Source: Promethearchaeota archaeon (GTDB taxonomy: Archaea > Asgardarchaeota > Lokiarchaeia > Sigyniarchaeales > SOKP01). From it: DNA of 64,000 nt. Positions 20,105-29,717 of the stretch are shown here, one piece after another. Both the position numbers and the translations under genes were made by a program. The stretch covers positions 64,001-128,000 of the forward strand of contig JBHLOY010000001.1 of NCBI GenBank assembly GCA_048939995.1, in the 5' to 3' direction. The notes under the pieces were generated by a model. The model saw only the letters and a program-made list of their open reading frames with translations. It was not told where the DNA came from and made no database searches. Every line of letters begins with the position of its first letter. The stretch's first letter is position 1.

Positions 20105-21139
20105 TTAGTCTCTCCTCCAAGGAATGGTAATATTATCCATCCGTTCTTTAGGATTAATTATTGTTTCTGAAATTTTTTGCTCTCCACTATTTTTATATTT
20201 TAAAATACCTGTCCATGCGATCATTGCTCCATTATCCCCAGCAAACTTCAATGGAACTACCTCAAATCTGGCATTATGATCATCACTAATAATTTTTATC
20301 ATTTCTTGTAACCTTTTATTTGCTGCTACACCTCCAGTGAGTAAGACTTCTTCCTTTTCTGTGTGAGCAAGAGCTCTCTCTGTGACTTCTGTAAGCATTG
20401 AGAAGGCGGTTTCTTGTAAGGAAAAAGAAATATCTTTTAAGAAATAGTCCTTATTATAATCTTTCGAATCTAAAAGCCGTTTAGCGGCGGTAAATAAACC
20501 GGAAAAGGATAAATCCATTCCTTTAACAATATAAGGCAGAGGAAGGTATTTTTCTGAAGTTCTTGCAAGTTCCTCTATTTTAGGGCCACCTGGATGAGCT
20601 ATACCTGCTTCCCTTGCAAATGAATCAAGTAAGTTACCTATAGGAATATCTAACGTCTCTCCGAAAACTTGATATTTCCCAGATTCATAAGCACTAACTA
20701 TTGTATTTCCACCTGACACATAAAGAGTAAGTGGGTCCTTAATATCACACATTAGTCTTCCGATCTCTATATGTGCAATACAGTGGTTAACTCCAACAAT
20801 GGGTATACCTAGACTCTGACTTAGTAAACGTGCTACAAGGGCTCCTATTTTTAATATAGGCCCAAGACCTGGACTTTGACTAAAAGTGATTAGATCAATA
20901 TCTTTTATCGAACATCTAGCTTGAATTAGAGCCTCATTCAAAACACTCATAAAATTATTTAAATGTTGCTCCCGAACTAATGCAGGATGCAATCCACCTC
21001 TTTTAGGTATAAACGTGTCATTAACTGAACTTAAAACTTGTCCGTCATAATCAACGATTCCAACACCCCATGTGTGAGCAGTAGATTCAATACCTAGGCA
21101 AAGCTTTTTACTTAATTTCATTATAGTCGCCAAATACAT
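20105..21139 (-). CDS. kae1: KEOPS tRNA threonylcarbamoyltransferase Kae1
   Basis: LGIESTAHT, HCIAHIE, LYVSGGNT, GETLD, HPGGP, DNGAMIAW. Confidence 0.96.
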   Translation of the reverse strand: MYLATIMKLSKKLCLGIESTAHTWGVGIVDYDGQVLSSVNDTFIPKRGGLHPALVREQHLNNFMSVLNEALIQARCSIKDIDLITFSQSPGLGPILKIGALVARLLSQSLGIPIVGVNHCIAHIEIGRLMCDIKDPLTLYVSGGNTIVSAYESGKYQVFGETLDIPIGNLLDSFAREAGIAHPGGPKIEELARTSEKYLPLPYIVKGMDLSFSGLFTAAKRLLDSKDYNKDYFLKDISFSLQETAFSMLTEVTERALAHTEKEEVLLTGGVAANKRLQEMIKIISDDHNARFEVVPLKFAGDNGAMIAWTGILKYKNSGEQKISETIINPKERMDNITIPWRRD

Positions 21140-21190
21140 TTATTAGCGAAATTTAGAAAAAATAGATAAAGAGCAAAAGAAAATTATACC

Positions 21191-21412
21191 TTACTCCTTT
21201 GATTTCATACGTTTTCTGGGAGTCCGTCTAGAAGCAACCTTAGCAGCTCCTTTAGTTCCTTTTCTTTTGAATACAGTGTAACCACACTTCCCACAAGAAG
21301 ACCGATCATAATGGTCAGCAAGAAAATAGGCAGGTCCGCATTTAGGACATGTTCTATGAGTTCTAATTAGTTTGTTTCCTTCAATTTTATATAAGTTTGA
21401 TGCATTAGCCAT
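21191..21412 (-). CDS. rps27ae: Ribosomal protein eS31 (S27ae) with basic C-terminal tail and no ubiquitin fusion
   Basis: [25 protein letters not shown]. Confidence 0.95.
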   Translation of the reverse strand: MANASNLYKIEGNKLIRTHRTCPKCGPAYFLADHYDRSSCGKCGYTVFKRKGTKGAAKVASRRTPRKRMKSKE

Positions 21413-21431
21413 AATAATTTCAGTTTATTCA

Positions 21432-21785
21432 TTAATATTCAAATAAATGCTTAAAAGGTTCATTTCTCTTTTTTAATTTATATATTTCTGTCCGTTTTTC
21501 TTTTTCTAAATTCCTTGTTTGAATGAAAAATGGCTCAAAATATTGTAATTCATTAGCATTCTCATATATATGTGCTATACCTATATCATAAGCTGAACCA
21601 AAATGGGTTTTAACATTTCTAATAATTGTTAATTTTTCCTTTGATTTTTTCATACTAGCAATCTTTTTCTTTAATTCTAGCCTGCTTGGAGTTCCTGATC
21701 CGAAATGATCGATTTGAAATTTCACTTCGGTTCTATCAATTAAAGGGTTTTTTTTTTCTTCGATAATTTTAATATCAAATGACAT
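21432..21785 (-). CDS. rps24e: Ribosomal protein eS24 (S24e)
   Basis: NPLIDRTE..H..GTPSR..KTHFG..IY..EP. Confidence 0.92.
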   Translation of the reverse strand: MSFDIKIIEEKKNPLIDRTEVKFQIDHFGSGTPSRLELKKKIASMKKSKEKLTIIRNVKTHFGSAYDIGIAHIYENANELQYFEPFFIQTRNLEKEKRTEIYKLKKRNEPFKHLFEY

Positions 21786-21906
21786 TATGAACCTTTTTTG
21801 ATCAGTTAATTTAAATAATGTTATTAAACATTAAAGAACAATAAGAAATAAAATTTTGTTTTTTAGATATTTTTAATGAAATTTAGAACAAGAATCAATA
21901 TAAGAA

Positions 21907-22494
21907 ATGACTGAAAGAATACATTTACCCGAAAAGGAGAGACACAAATTTACCACACCGTTAGGGAAATTAATTTCTGGTAATAGGTCAGAAACTATTC
22001 CTAAAGTTGAGAAAATTGTTAGAAATTTTTTAGATTCTGGCTTTAAGGTCAATATATACCTTGTAGGAGATATTGTATCTAATGATTTTATTGAAAATAA
22101 CTTTTTGAAGAATTACGTTCGCGTATGTGTTGTTGATGAAAAAACTCAGAGAAATCAAATTATTATTAAATCTCAAGAGCAATTTGAGGAGATAATTGAA
22201 TTGAAGAATCCAAAAGCTACGATCAATAAAGTAAGTTTCAGTCTATTCAAGAAGATTATACTTTCAAAAAGAAAAACTTTAGTAAAAATTATTGAAGGAG
22301 AAGAGGATCTTTTAGTACTCCCACTCATTTTTGAATTAGAATATGACAAAAACTTAAAAAATTTAATATTTTATGGACAACCTCCTATCACAGATGCAAA
22401 GCAACCGATTCCAGAAGGAATAGTGATGGTGGAATTAAATAGGAGAACTAAAAAAGCCGTTAAAAAGTTTTTGTCAATATTGCAAAAAAGCTAA
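21907..22494 (+). CDS. GTP-dependent dephospho-CoA kinase (DUF359 family)
   Basis: PLG, VGDIV, VVDEKTQR, NP..I, GEEDLLVLP, FYGQP..EGIV; located between spt4 and S24e. Confidence 0.88.
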   Translation: MTERIHLPEKERHKFTTPLGKLISGNRSETIPKVEKIVRNFLDSGFKVNIYLVGDIVSNDFIENNFLKNYVRVCVVDEKTQRNQIIIKSQEQFEEIIELKNPKATINKVSFSLFKKIILSKRKTLVKIIEGEEDLLVLPLIFELEYDKNLKNLIFYGQPPITDAKQPIPEGIVMVELNRRTKKAVKKFLSILQKS

Positions 22495-22512
22495 TTTTTT
22501 AGTTTAACCATA

Positions 22513-22704
22513 TTAGCGTACTCTTAATGCATATTTACCAGGAAAATGAATTTTCAAATATTCTGCAAATTTTGACTCTTGAGGTTGTATAATTATAACT
22601 TCTCCGGTAAAATCATCACTTAAACTGTGTGTTTTACATTTAGGGCAAATTTGTTCATTTTTTGTTATTAAGTGACAATTCTTACATGCTCGTTCTTTTG
22701 AAAT
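22513..22704 (-). CDS. spt4: Transcription elongation factor Spt4 (RpoE2); missed by the ORF track, ATT start
   Basis: (I/M)SKERACKNCHLITKNEQICPKCKTHSLSDDFTGEVIIIQPQESKFAEYLKIHFPGKYALRVR*; no ATG/GTG/TTG between the upstream in-frame TGA and the conserved N-terminus. Confidence 0.92.
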   Translation of the reverse strand: MSKERACKNCHLITKNEQICPKCKTHSLSDDFTGEVIIIQPQESKFAEYLKIHFPGKYALRVR

Positions 22705-22718
22705 GATGATACACTTCC

Positions 22719-23306
22719 TTATTTTTCATTATCATCTACCTTCTTTTCCTCTTTTTTCATAAACTCATCATCAATATCTTGTTCTATCCATTCTTCCTTC
22801 CCTAAGAATTTTTGCCTCATAGTCAATCCTAATTTACCACTTCTACCTGTGCCAAGTGAGACAGCAATAATTTTAGACCTTACTACATCATTAACTTCAA
22901 GAATTTTTCCCGTTTCCTTACCTATAAATCGATTTCCCACTTGTTCATATGAAATATAATCATCACAGATTTGAGACACATGTACTAATCCATCTAATGG
23001 GCCTAATCTTATGAAGGCTCCGAAATCAACAACTTCTACAACCTCTCCTTCTACAACTTCAGAGATAACAGGTTTAAAAGCGAGAATTGTAAACTCTACC
23101 TCATGAAATGTGTTAGCGTTTCCAGGGATTATTATTCCAGGCCCAACATCAACAACATCAACAATTGCGATTATGAATCCATAATCTTTGGTGATTATTC
23201 CTTCATAATCCTCAGATAGAATTATACGAGCCGATACTTCCTTAGGTTGGTCAAATAAAAATGGAGGAATCTCAATTTTACCTTGAATTTGAAAGAGTTT
23301 AAAAAT
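22719..23306 (-). CDS. rpoE1: RNA polymerase subunit E' (Rpo7); full gene is 195 aa with ATT start
   Basis: The frame extends upstream of the 86-aa ORF call: (I/M)FKLFQIQGKIEIPP...EVVEGEVVEVVDFGAFIRLGPLDGLVHVSQI...GLTMRQKFLGKEEWI; GGTG SD 7 nt before the ATT. Confidence 0.93.
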   Translation of the reverse strand: MFKLFQIQGKIEIPPFLFDQPKEVSARIILSEDYEGIITKDYGFIIAIVDVVDVGPGIIIPGNANTFHEVEFTILAFKPVISEVVEGEVVEVVDFGAFIRLGPLDGLVHVSQICDDYISYEQVGNRFIGKETGKILEVNDVVRSKIIAVSLGTGRSGKLGLTMRQKFLGKEEWIEQDIDDEFMKKEEKKVDDNEK

Positions 23307-23468
23307 TGTGGGACACCAGATAAAAAGATTAAATATAATTATCCTATAAAATATACCATAAAATTAATAATTTTTGGTTTTCCTCCAAAAAGAGAGAAAT
23401 AAATGCGAATATTTAAACATCACCAAAATACGGGTATAAAATTATTATTTTAAGAAATTATGAGTATT

Positions 23469-23621
23469 TTAAGAAATGAGCGCAATTGGATTGGCAAAAA
23501 GCAAAATCCAAATTTCATATGTTTTAAAAGAAAACAAACTAATAATTAAGCTTAGAATTCCGTATGAAATAATCAATATCCATAAAGCTAGGAATGATGT
23601 AGCTACTAAAGTTACTTTCAT
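23469..23621 (-). pseudogene. Possible small or decayed membrane-protein gene (50 aa)
   Basis: MKVTLVATSFLALWILIISYGILSLIISLFSFKTYEIWILLFANPIALIS*; the stop lies in a short duplication (TATTTTAAGAAAT twice) and hydrophobic coding-like sequence continues past it. Confidence 0.3.
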
Positions 23622-23706
23622 AAAAATTTCCTTTATAGCAATAAAAAATTGAGTGTTTTTGGTAATTAAATTTTGATGATTAATAAATTAGAAAAAAAAA
23701 GTATTA

Positions 23707-24456
23707 TTATTCTTTTATCCTCCTTATAAGCCATTTAGGCATCACAAGTGATAAATAAGTCAAAATATAAAAAGCTACAGCAAAAATCCAAGCAATATAT
23801 ACGAATATAGAATATCCAGGATGATCCAATAAAACAATCATTAAGGTATCTCCTATAAACATTAGAAAAAATAGAATCATGCAAATCATTGCATAAAATA
23901 ATAATTTTAAACCAGTTAAAGCTATTTTATCCTTGGTCTCTTTTATAGCTCTTCTACAAGTCAAAGCAATAGAGATATAGACTAAGTATGAATATAGAAC
24001 CAAGCTTAATGTAGAATATAATCGGATATTTAATTGACCTGCGTAATCTCCCGGTGGAACACCCCACCAATTCCAAGGTAAAAATAGTAATATAATTATT
24101 GATATTCCTATTAAAATCAATGGGATGAATAACCTCTTCCCTTTATTTGTAATTTGACTGACAAACTTATATAGGAAAATATCTGCTAAAATGACCATGG
24201 AATAAGCGAATGGTAAAGAAAAACGATATATTTCTTTAAAATAGTTTGTAATAATTGCTTCAGCTAAACCTATTGCTAACATTATTAACGCTAAGGTAAA
24301 AAATGTAAAAGAGATCGAAAGATAAAGTGGAGGATCAACTTTTCTCTCACGCCATTTAAAGTACATCTTTAAAGTTAATATAATCCCAAAAACAGAAAGA
24401 ATAATGTAATAAGGAAATATAGGTAAAATTCGAATCTCAAATGGAGTGTATGTCAT
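23707..24456 (-). CDS. Stand-alone ~7-TM membrane protein
   Basis: About 7 TM; ends YLSLVMPKWLIRR, like 10210..10935. Confidence 0.75.
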   Translation of the reverse strand: MTYTPFEIRILPIFPYYIILSVFGIILTLKMYFKWRERKVDPPLYLSISFTFFTLALIMLAIGLAEAIITNYFKEIYRFSLPFAYSMVILADIFLYKFVSQITNKGKRLFIPLILIGISIIILLFLPWNWWGVPPGDYAGQLNIRLYSTLSLVLYSYLVYISIALTCRRAIKETKDKIALTGLKLLFYAMICMILFFLMFIGDTLMIVLLDHPGYSIFVYIAWIFAVAFYILTYLSLVMPKWLIRRIKE

Positions 24457-24561
24457 AAAGCATTAATAAAATTAGTTATTTTTAAATCTTCTTAGAAGAA
24501 AATGTTTTTTTGTTTTGGATGAAAATTTGAACCTAAACTAAGTTAAGAATTTTGCTTTTAT

Positions 24562-24954
24562 CTAAATTAATTGAGCTATTTTTTCACACGTTCTTCTACA
24601 ATCTAATAAGATTAACCCAAGTCGTACATCCTTATCTGCAGATACAGTTAAGACGGCATTCGGGCCAGCTTGTAGGATTAAGAGATAACCGTCACTTCCT
24701 TTAATGTATAATTGGTCAAAATCTCCTTTATTCATTTCGATAATAGCTCTTTCAGATAAGGAGAGCAAAGCAGCAGTCATCGCGGCTATTCGTGTTTCGT
24801 CTACATCTCGGGGTAGAGCTGATGCAATGGGGAGCCCTTCAGCAGAAACGATTGCTGCCGCTTTTACTTCGGGAATAGCTGCTAAAAGTCTTTTTAAAAG
24901 ATCGTCAAGATTTTCAGGCGTACTTGGATCCATTTCGCTCAATTTCTCCTTCAC
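24562..24954 (-). CDS. Roadblock/LC7 (MglB-like) protein
   Basis: AAIVSAEGLPIASAL..ETRIAAMTAALLSLSER..G..GY...AG..AVL......LGLILL. Confidence 0.92.
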   Translation of the reverse strand: MKEKLSEMDPSTPENLDDLLKRLLAAIPEVKAAAIVSAEGLPIASALPRDVDETRIAAMTAALLSLSERAIIEMNKGDFDQLYIKGSDGYLLILQAGPNAVLTVSADKDVRLGLILLDCRRTCEKIAQLI

Positions 24955-25212
24955 TTTTAGTTATCTTAAAGAAACTTGATAATTTATTAGATAATAATTA
25001 TCTTAAACCATATTTATATTTAAAGTAGATTGTGTTATTTATTTTTTTTTATTCGTTTTATATATAAAAATGTTCTTTATTATTAGTTTATTAAGTTGTA
25101 TAATATCTGGATAAATTTACTTAAAATTTCTTCCTAATTATTTAATATAGAGAATCAACAGATTTTTTCAAATATAAATAATCTAGTATTAGTACAAATC
25201 TGAATAAGTAAT

Positions 25213-25368
25213 ATGAGAAATAATTCAATATCACTAATTAATTATATGAAAGAATATCTACTAGAGGATGAAAAAATCTTATGGAAACAGGTTAAGATTC
25301 TAAATCTTAATATGTTTAGACTTTTCACCCTTCTTTCGGTTTTAATAATAATTATACCACCCATTTAA
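25213..25368 (+). pseudogene. Short ORF resembling the N-terminus of bacterial-PH-domain membrane proteins (probable remnant)
   Basis: MRNNSISLINYMKEYLLEDEKILWKQVK..LFTLLSVLIIIIPPI*; L..DE.ILW motif plus one TM, then it stops at the convergent gene. Confidence 0.35.
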
Positions 25369-25372
25369 TTTA

Positions 25373-26437
25373 CTATAAATCAAAATTATAAGATTTAGTA
25401 GTATCAATCATAATTTTAATATTTTCAGGGATGACTTTCGCGTTTATTTGTTGAGTTGGGCTAATAATCAGAGATACATTACTTTCCCTTGCTTTTTTTA
25501 TTAATTTTGAAACATAAGTTTTAACTTTGTTTTCAATTCCATATGTTAAGTGAATAGTATTATCAAGATTGCCAATAAAACACATTTTGTTTACAAATTT
25601 CTCAAAGAGCTGAAAAATGTTAACGTCTGCACTTGGCTCTAAGCTTTGGATCGCATCGAATCCAATTTCTACAAATATCTCCATTAGGTTTGAAATATAA
25701 CCATCAGAGTGGAGAATGATCAAATTTTTCCTATTATGAATGTTTGCAACTATTTCTTGGTAATGCTCAAAAAATAATTTTTTCCATAGTTTAACTGATA
25801 TAAATTCATTTTTTTTATATCCACAATCATCAGCTACTAGGAAAAGATCGACTCCCACTTTATTAAGAATTGAAATTAATTTCTTTAAATATTCTGAAAA
25901 GAAATCTATGACGCTATAAATAAGAGAAAAGTTTTCATTTTTTAAGCATTTTGAAAAATAAATAAATCCCATTGATTGCCATGTTTTTTCAAATAATCCC
26001 GGCAATGATAAAACAATATCTAACCTTTTTTTAATTTTAGGTAACATTTTTTCTAATAAAGCTAAATCTTCATTTGAAGGAGGCTGCAAATGCTCCCAGT
26101 TATCAATTGTATTCTCATCTTTGAAAACACCATCCCATAGGTACCAATCGTCCTTATAGACTCTTCCCCACCCATCCACTCTTATTTGCTCATTTACTTG
26201 ATAACCCCCTTTTCCTCTTCTGAATTCCCATAAAGAAAGAGCATCAAATCCTATTCTTTTTATTACATCTAAATTCTTTTGATTTAAAGTAAGATCTGAG
26301 GGTTTGACATCAACTTTATATAAATCGATATATTTATTTAAGAATTCAATTTCAGGGTATCCAGGGCAATATAATGGAACGATGGATGTCGCTTTTCTTT
26401 TTAATACTTTAATGAAATCAGTTTCTAATTGACCCAT
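25373..26437 (-). CDS. Uroporphyrinogen decarboxylase / corrinoid methyltransferase (MtaA/CmuA) superfamily protein
   Basis: VDGWGR, ADDCG, LHSDG, G.DAIQSLEP, FIGNLD. Confidence 0.82.
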   Translation of the reverse strand: MGQLETDFIKVLKRKATSIVPLYCPGYPEIEFLNKYIDLYKVDVKPSDLTLNQKNLDVIKRIGFDALSLWEFRRGKGGYQVNEQIRVDGWGRVYKDDWYLWDGVFKDENTIDNWEHLQPPSNEDLALLEKMLPKIKKRLDIVLSLPGLFEKTWQSMGFIYFSKCLKNENFSLIYSVIDFFSEYLKKLISILNKVGVDLFLVADDCGYKKNEFISVKLWKKLFFEHYQEIVANIHNRKNLIILHSDGYISNLMEIFVEIGFDAIQSLEPSADVNIFQLFEKFVNKMCFIGNLDNTIHLTYGIENKVKTYVSKLIKKARESNVSLIISPTQQINAKVIPENIKIMIDTTKSYNFDL

Positions 26438-26509
26438 ATCAAGTATCTTTAGAAACCAAAGTATAATTATTTGATTATTAATTATTAAAATAATTAGATT
26501 GTTGTTTAA

Positions 26510-27649
26510 ATGATAAATATGGACTTCTGGGATCTTATTAATTTTTCATACAATTTAGCATTATCATCGATTCTATTTGTTTTTGCATTTTTAATGGTTT
26601 TTATTGGGTATGGGGGACATAAGGCAAAAAATCGATATGGGGCAATTTCTACTGTTCTCAATGGAGCTTGCTTGGTAGCTTTTGGATTATACAATCTTTT
26701 TTTCAGATTTTTTCCTTATCCTTATAATGGTTTCATGGTCTGGTGGATAGGTTTAAATCTACTTCTCAATGGTATCTTTATTATAGTTATTAAGCTAAAA
26801 ATAAAGAAATATGATCTAAAATCCAAGAATGCTGATAACATTCAAGAATCTATGGAAAAGAAGTCTCGCTTAAGAAAATTTATCGAGAAAATGACAATAG
26901 AAGATCCTTATAAAGAGGATATTCCTTTCAAGATGGAGTTAATAAGAAAAAGTTTTCATTTAATGGGATTGCTTGTAGTATTTGCTCCAACTCTTACTTT
27001 ACTCATTAGTGATGGAGTAATCATGTTAATAAATCAAGTACAACCATCATATGAGCTCCTTTGGGGTAGTGTCTCCCTTTTTCCTTACGTAATAGGTGAC
27101 CAACAAGCAATTATAGGTCTTACTATGATGGGTTTATTAGGTGCGTTAATATTTACGCTTATATCTGATTTAATCCGAGTATTAAAAGGTCCAGAATATT
27201 CACTTTTTAATTTTATAAGTCGTTCAATTCTTAGAAATAAAGAAAAAAATGCACTAGGTCCGCAGATTTATATCATTACTGGCATTGTATTTTCTTATAT
27301 GTTATATATGGCAGGAATTCTTGAGATTAGGGCTTTCTATGCAGGGATTCTGATTGCCTGCTTTTCTGATGCGGCCGCTGCTCTAATAGGTAGAAAATTT
27401 GGAAAACATAAGGTTATTTTAAGAAGTAAAGAGACAAAATCTGTTGAAGGTTTCATAGCTGGAACCGTTGTAGCATATATAATTGGACTAATCTTTGTGG
27501 GACCCATCTATGCAATAGTGGGAACTTTAATCTTTTTCATAACAGATTACTTACCCGCTGTTACAGCAGATAACATATTAAATCCAATTTTTATTCCAAT
27601 AGGAATTCAATTTTTTATTTTACTATTAGGTTTACCTGTAGGATGGTAA
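26510..27649 (+). CDS. CTP-dependent polyprenol/diacylglycerol kinase family membrane protein
   Basis: RKSFHL, LRNKE, SDAAAALIGRKFG, KSVEG, DNILNP. Confidence 0.8.
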   Translation: MINMDFWDLINFSYNLALSSILFVFAFLMVFIGYGGHKAKNRYGAISTVLNGACLVAFGLYNLFFRFFPYPYNGFMVWWIGLNLLLNGIFIIVIKLKIKKYDLKSKNADNIQESMEKKSRLRKFIEKMTIEDPYKEDIPFKMELIRKSFHLMGLLVVFAPTLTLLISDGVIMLINQVQPSYELLWGSVSLFPYVIGDQQAIIGLTMMGLLGALIFTLISDLIRVLKGPEYSLFNFISRSILRNKEKNALGPQIYIITGIVFSYMLYMAGILEIRAFYAGILIACFSDAAAALIGRKFGKHKVILRSKETKSVEGFIAGTVVAYIIGLIFVGPIYAIVGTLIFFITDYLPAVTADNILNPIFIPIGIQFFILLLGLPVGW

Positions 27650-27656
27650 GTTAATA

Positions 27657-28496
27657 ATGCCTGATTTAATTAAAGAACTTAAGGGTATTCAATTAGCGAT
27701 TTTTGATTTAGATGGAGTTATTTATAGAGGTAATGAATTAATTCCTGGCACTGATAAAGTTATTCAACAATTGAAGCAAATTTTAGTAAAAATAGTCTAT
27801 AATTCAAACAATTCCACAGCTTCCCGGCAGATGTATGTTGATAGATTGAAAAGTTTTAATATTACTAGTCAGATTAGTGACTTCTATACTAGTGCTTCAA
27901 TTGCAGCCACTGAAATTTCAAAATTAAAGGATAAAGCAAAAATCTTTGTAATTGGTGAAATTGGGTTAAAAGAAGAATTAAGAGCTTATGGACATGAAAT
28001 AGTAAATATAACACCAGAATATAGAGATGTAGATTATGTAATTGTTGGATTAGATCGTGATTTTAATTATAAAAATCTTGCATTTGCACAAAAGTGTATT
28101 TTAGAAGGAAAAGCTCAATTTTATGCCACAAATGCAGATGCTACATTGCCAATTGCGGATGGATTTTTACCAGGTGCAGGAGTAATGGTAAATGCTGTTG
28201 AAGTTTGTACTGGAATTAAACCAATAAAAACTTTTGGAAAACCTGAGCCAACTGGCATTCAACTAATTCTAAAAGAAGCTGAAGTTGACCCTAATAATGC
28301 TGTTATCTTTGGTGACCGCTTAAATACTGATATTCTAGCAGGAAATTTAGCACACATAAAGACAGTATTGGTATTAACTGGTGTTACTTCACGAAATGAA
28401 TTAAATCAGAAAAAATTAAAGAAAGTAAAAGATTTTGACAAGAATCTATTACCAGATATTGTTTTGGAAAAATTAACAGATATTTTTATACCATAA
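27657..28496 (+). CDS. HAD-IIA (NagD-like) phosphatase
   Basis: DLDGVIY, NNS, ATNAD, GKP, GDRLNTDI, VLTGV. Confidence 0.92.
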   Translation: MPDLIKELKGIQLAIFDLDGVIYRGNELIPGTDKVIQQLKQILVKIVYNSNNSTASRQMYVDRLKSFNITSQISDFYTSASIAATEISKLKDKAKIFVIGEIGLKEELRAYGHEIVNITPEYRDVDYVIVGLDRDFNYKNLAFAQKCILEGKAQFYATNADATLPIADGFLPGAGVMVNAVEVCTGIKPIKTFGKPEPTGIQLILKEAEVDPNNAVIFGDRLNTDILAGNLAHIKTVLVLTGVTSRNELNQKKLKKVKDFDKNLLPDIVLEKLTDIFIP

Positions 28497-28625
28497 TCTC
28501 TACTTGATCAAGAGAATTTAATATTATTTTATTGAAAGTTTAGGTATATCTAATTATCTAAAAGAGAATTTTTTTAATCTAGAATTTTTATTATATAGGT
28601 GCATTAAGCTTTTGAGGTTATAGGT

Positions 28626-28955
28626 ATGGAGAAATATGACATAGAGGATGTAGAAGAATCAGATATAATTGGGGAATTAAATATAATTGTAAAAGATAAT
28701 TGTACCTCTTTTTCGAAAGAATTAGAACATGTAATAGAAACAGCTCGTACTCATCAAAAAAGAGTTGAATATTATTCTGATAACGTAATAGTTTATTCTT
28801 ATAAGAAAAATTTAAATTTAGGACAAGAAATTTTAATATTTGAAACGATTTATCGAAATGAAAATAGAGTCGAGTTATCTTATATCGCCAATAAAAGCAT
28901 GTATGGATCCCATTTACTTTATTTAATTAACAGAGCGGAAATAAAATCGAAATAA
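28626..28955 (+). CDS. Hypothetical protein
   Basis: ORF with an AGGT SD; no motif recognised. Confidence 0.6.
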   Translation: MEKYDIEDVEESDIIGELNIIVKDNCTSFSKELEHVIETARTHQKRVEYYSDNVIVYSYKKNLNLGQEILIFETIYRNENRVELSYIANKSMYGSHLLYLINRAEIKSK

Positions 28956-29017
28956 TAAACAGTAATTATAGGAAGCGCATAAGGAATAGTATGAGTTAAT
29001 TCCCAATATGGTCTAGT

Positions 29018-29554
29018 TCATGAAATTCCAGATCTATGCAACATAATTTTACCAATTTCAGTAAAAATTTCTTCTACATTACGCCCATCCTTAGATGAAC
29101 ATTCAATATACCCATATAAGTTATAACTTCTTGCAAGATCATAAGCGTCTTGGGTAGATACTGTTCTTTTGTACTGTAAATCTAATTTACCACCAACCAT
29201 AATGACAGGCAACTGTCTTTTATCTCCAATAAATCCCCTTTTGAAAATTTCTATCCAATCTTTAAAGTTTTTTAAGCTTGAATAACGTGTGATATCATAC
29301 ATGAAAATCCCCCCAGAAGAGCCCAAAACATAGCTTGGTAATAGAAATCTGAAGCGATCCTCACCAGCAAAATCCCATATTTGTAAACTCACTTTTTTGC
29401 CTTCCACTTTAATTTTCTTTATGTGGAAATCAACACCAATAGTCATCGTAGAGTTTCCTGTAAAGACACCTGTAAGGTATCTAGTTATCAAAGTTGTTTT
29501 ACCTACACCTCCGTCCCCAAACAGGCAAATTTTGTACATCGCATCACTTTCCAT
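29018..29554 (-). CDS. Rab-like small GTPase
   Basis: GDGGVGKT, TIGVDF, WDFAGEDRF, GKLD, CSSK; ATG 29554 follows a GAGGT SD. Confidence 0.93.
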   Translation of the reverse strand: MESDAMYKICLFGDGGVGKTTLITRYLTGVFTGNSTMTIGVDFHIKKIKVEGKKVSLQIWDFAGEDRFRFLLPSYVLGSSGGIFMYDITRYSSLKNFKDWIEIFKRGFIGDKRQLPVIMVGGKLDLQYKRTVSTQDAYDLARSYNLYGYIECSSKDGRNVEEIFTEIGKIMLHRSGIS

Positions 29555-29717
29555 TTTCCCATACCTCATATAAGAGATTATTGAAGATTAGTGTTTTCTT
29601 CAAAAATTTAACAACTATAACTTTATAGTCAAAAAATGTATTTTAAATTAAATAATTTATACTTAATTCTCAATTTTTTAATTTAGATCAAGTTAATTTT
29701 ATTTTAAAAATTTGTTT

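Noticed and set aside
21191-21412. Eukaryote-like ubiquitin-S27a fusion
   Set aside because: No ubiquitin domain; only a basic C-terminal tail
22719-23306. rpoE1 as a truncated pseudogene (86-aa call)
   Set aside because: The frame is open and conserved for the full 195 codons; only the start codon is unusual
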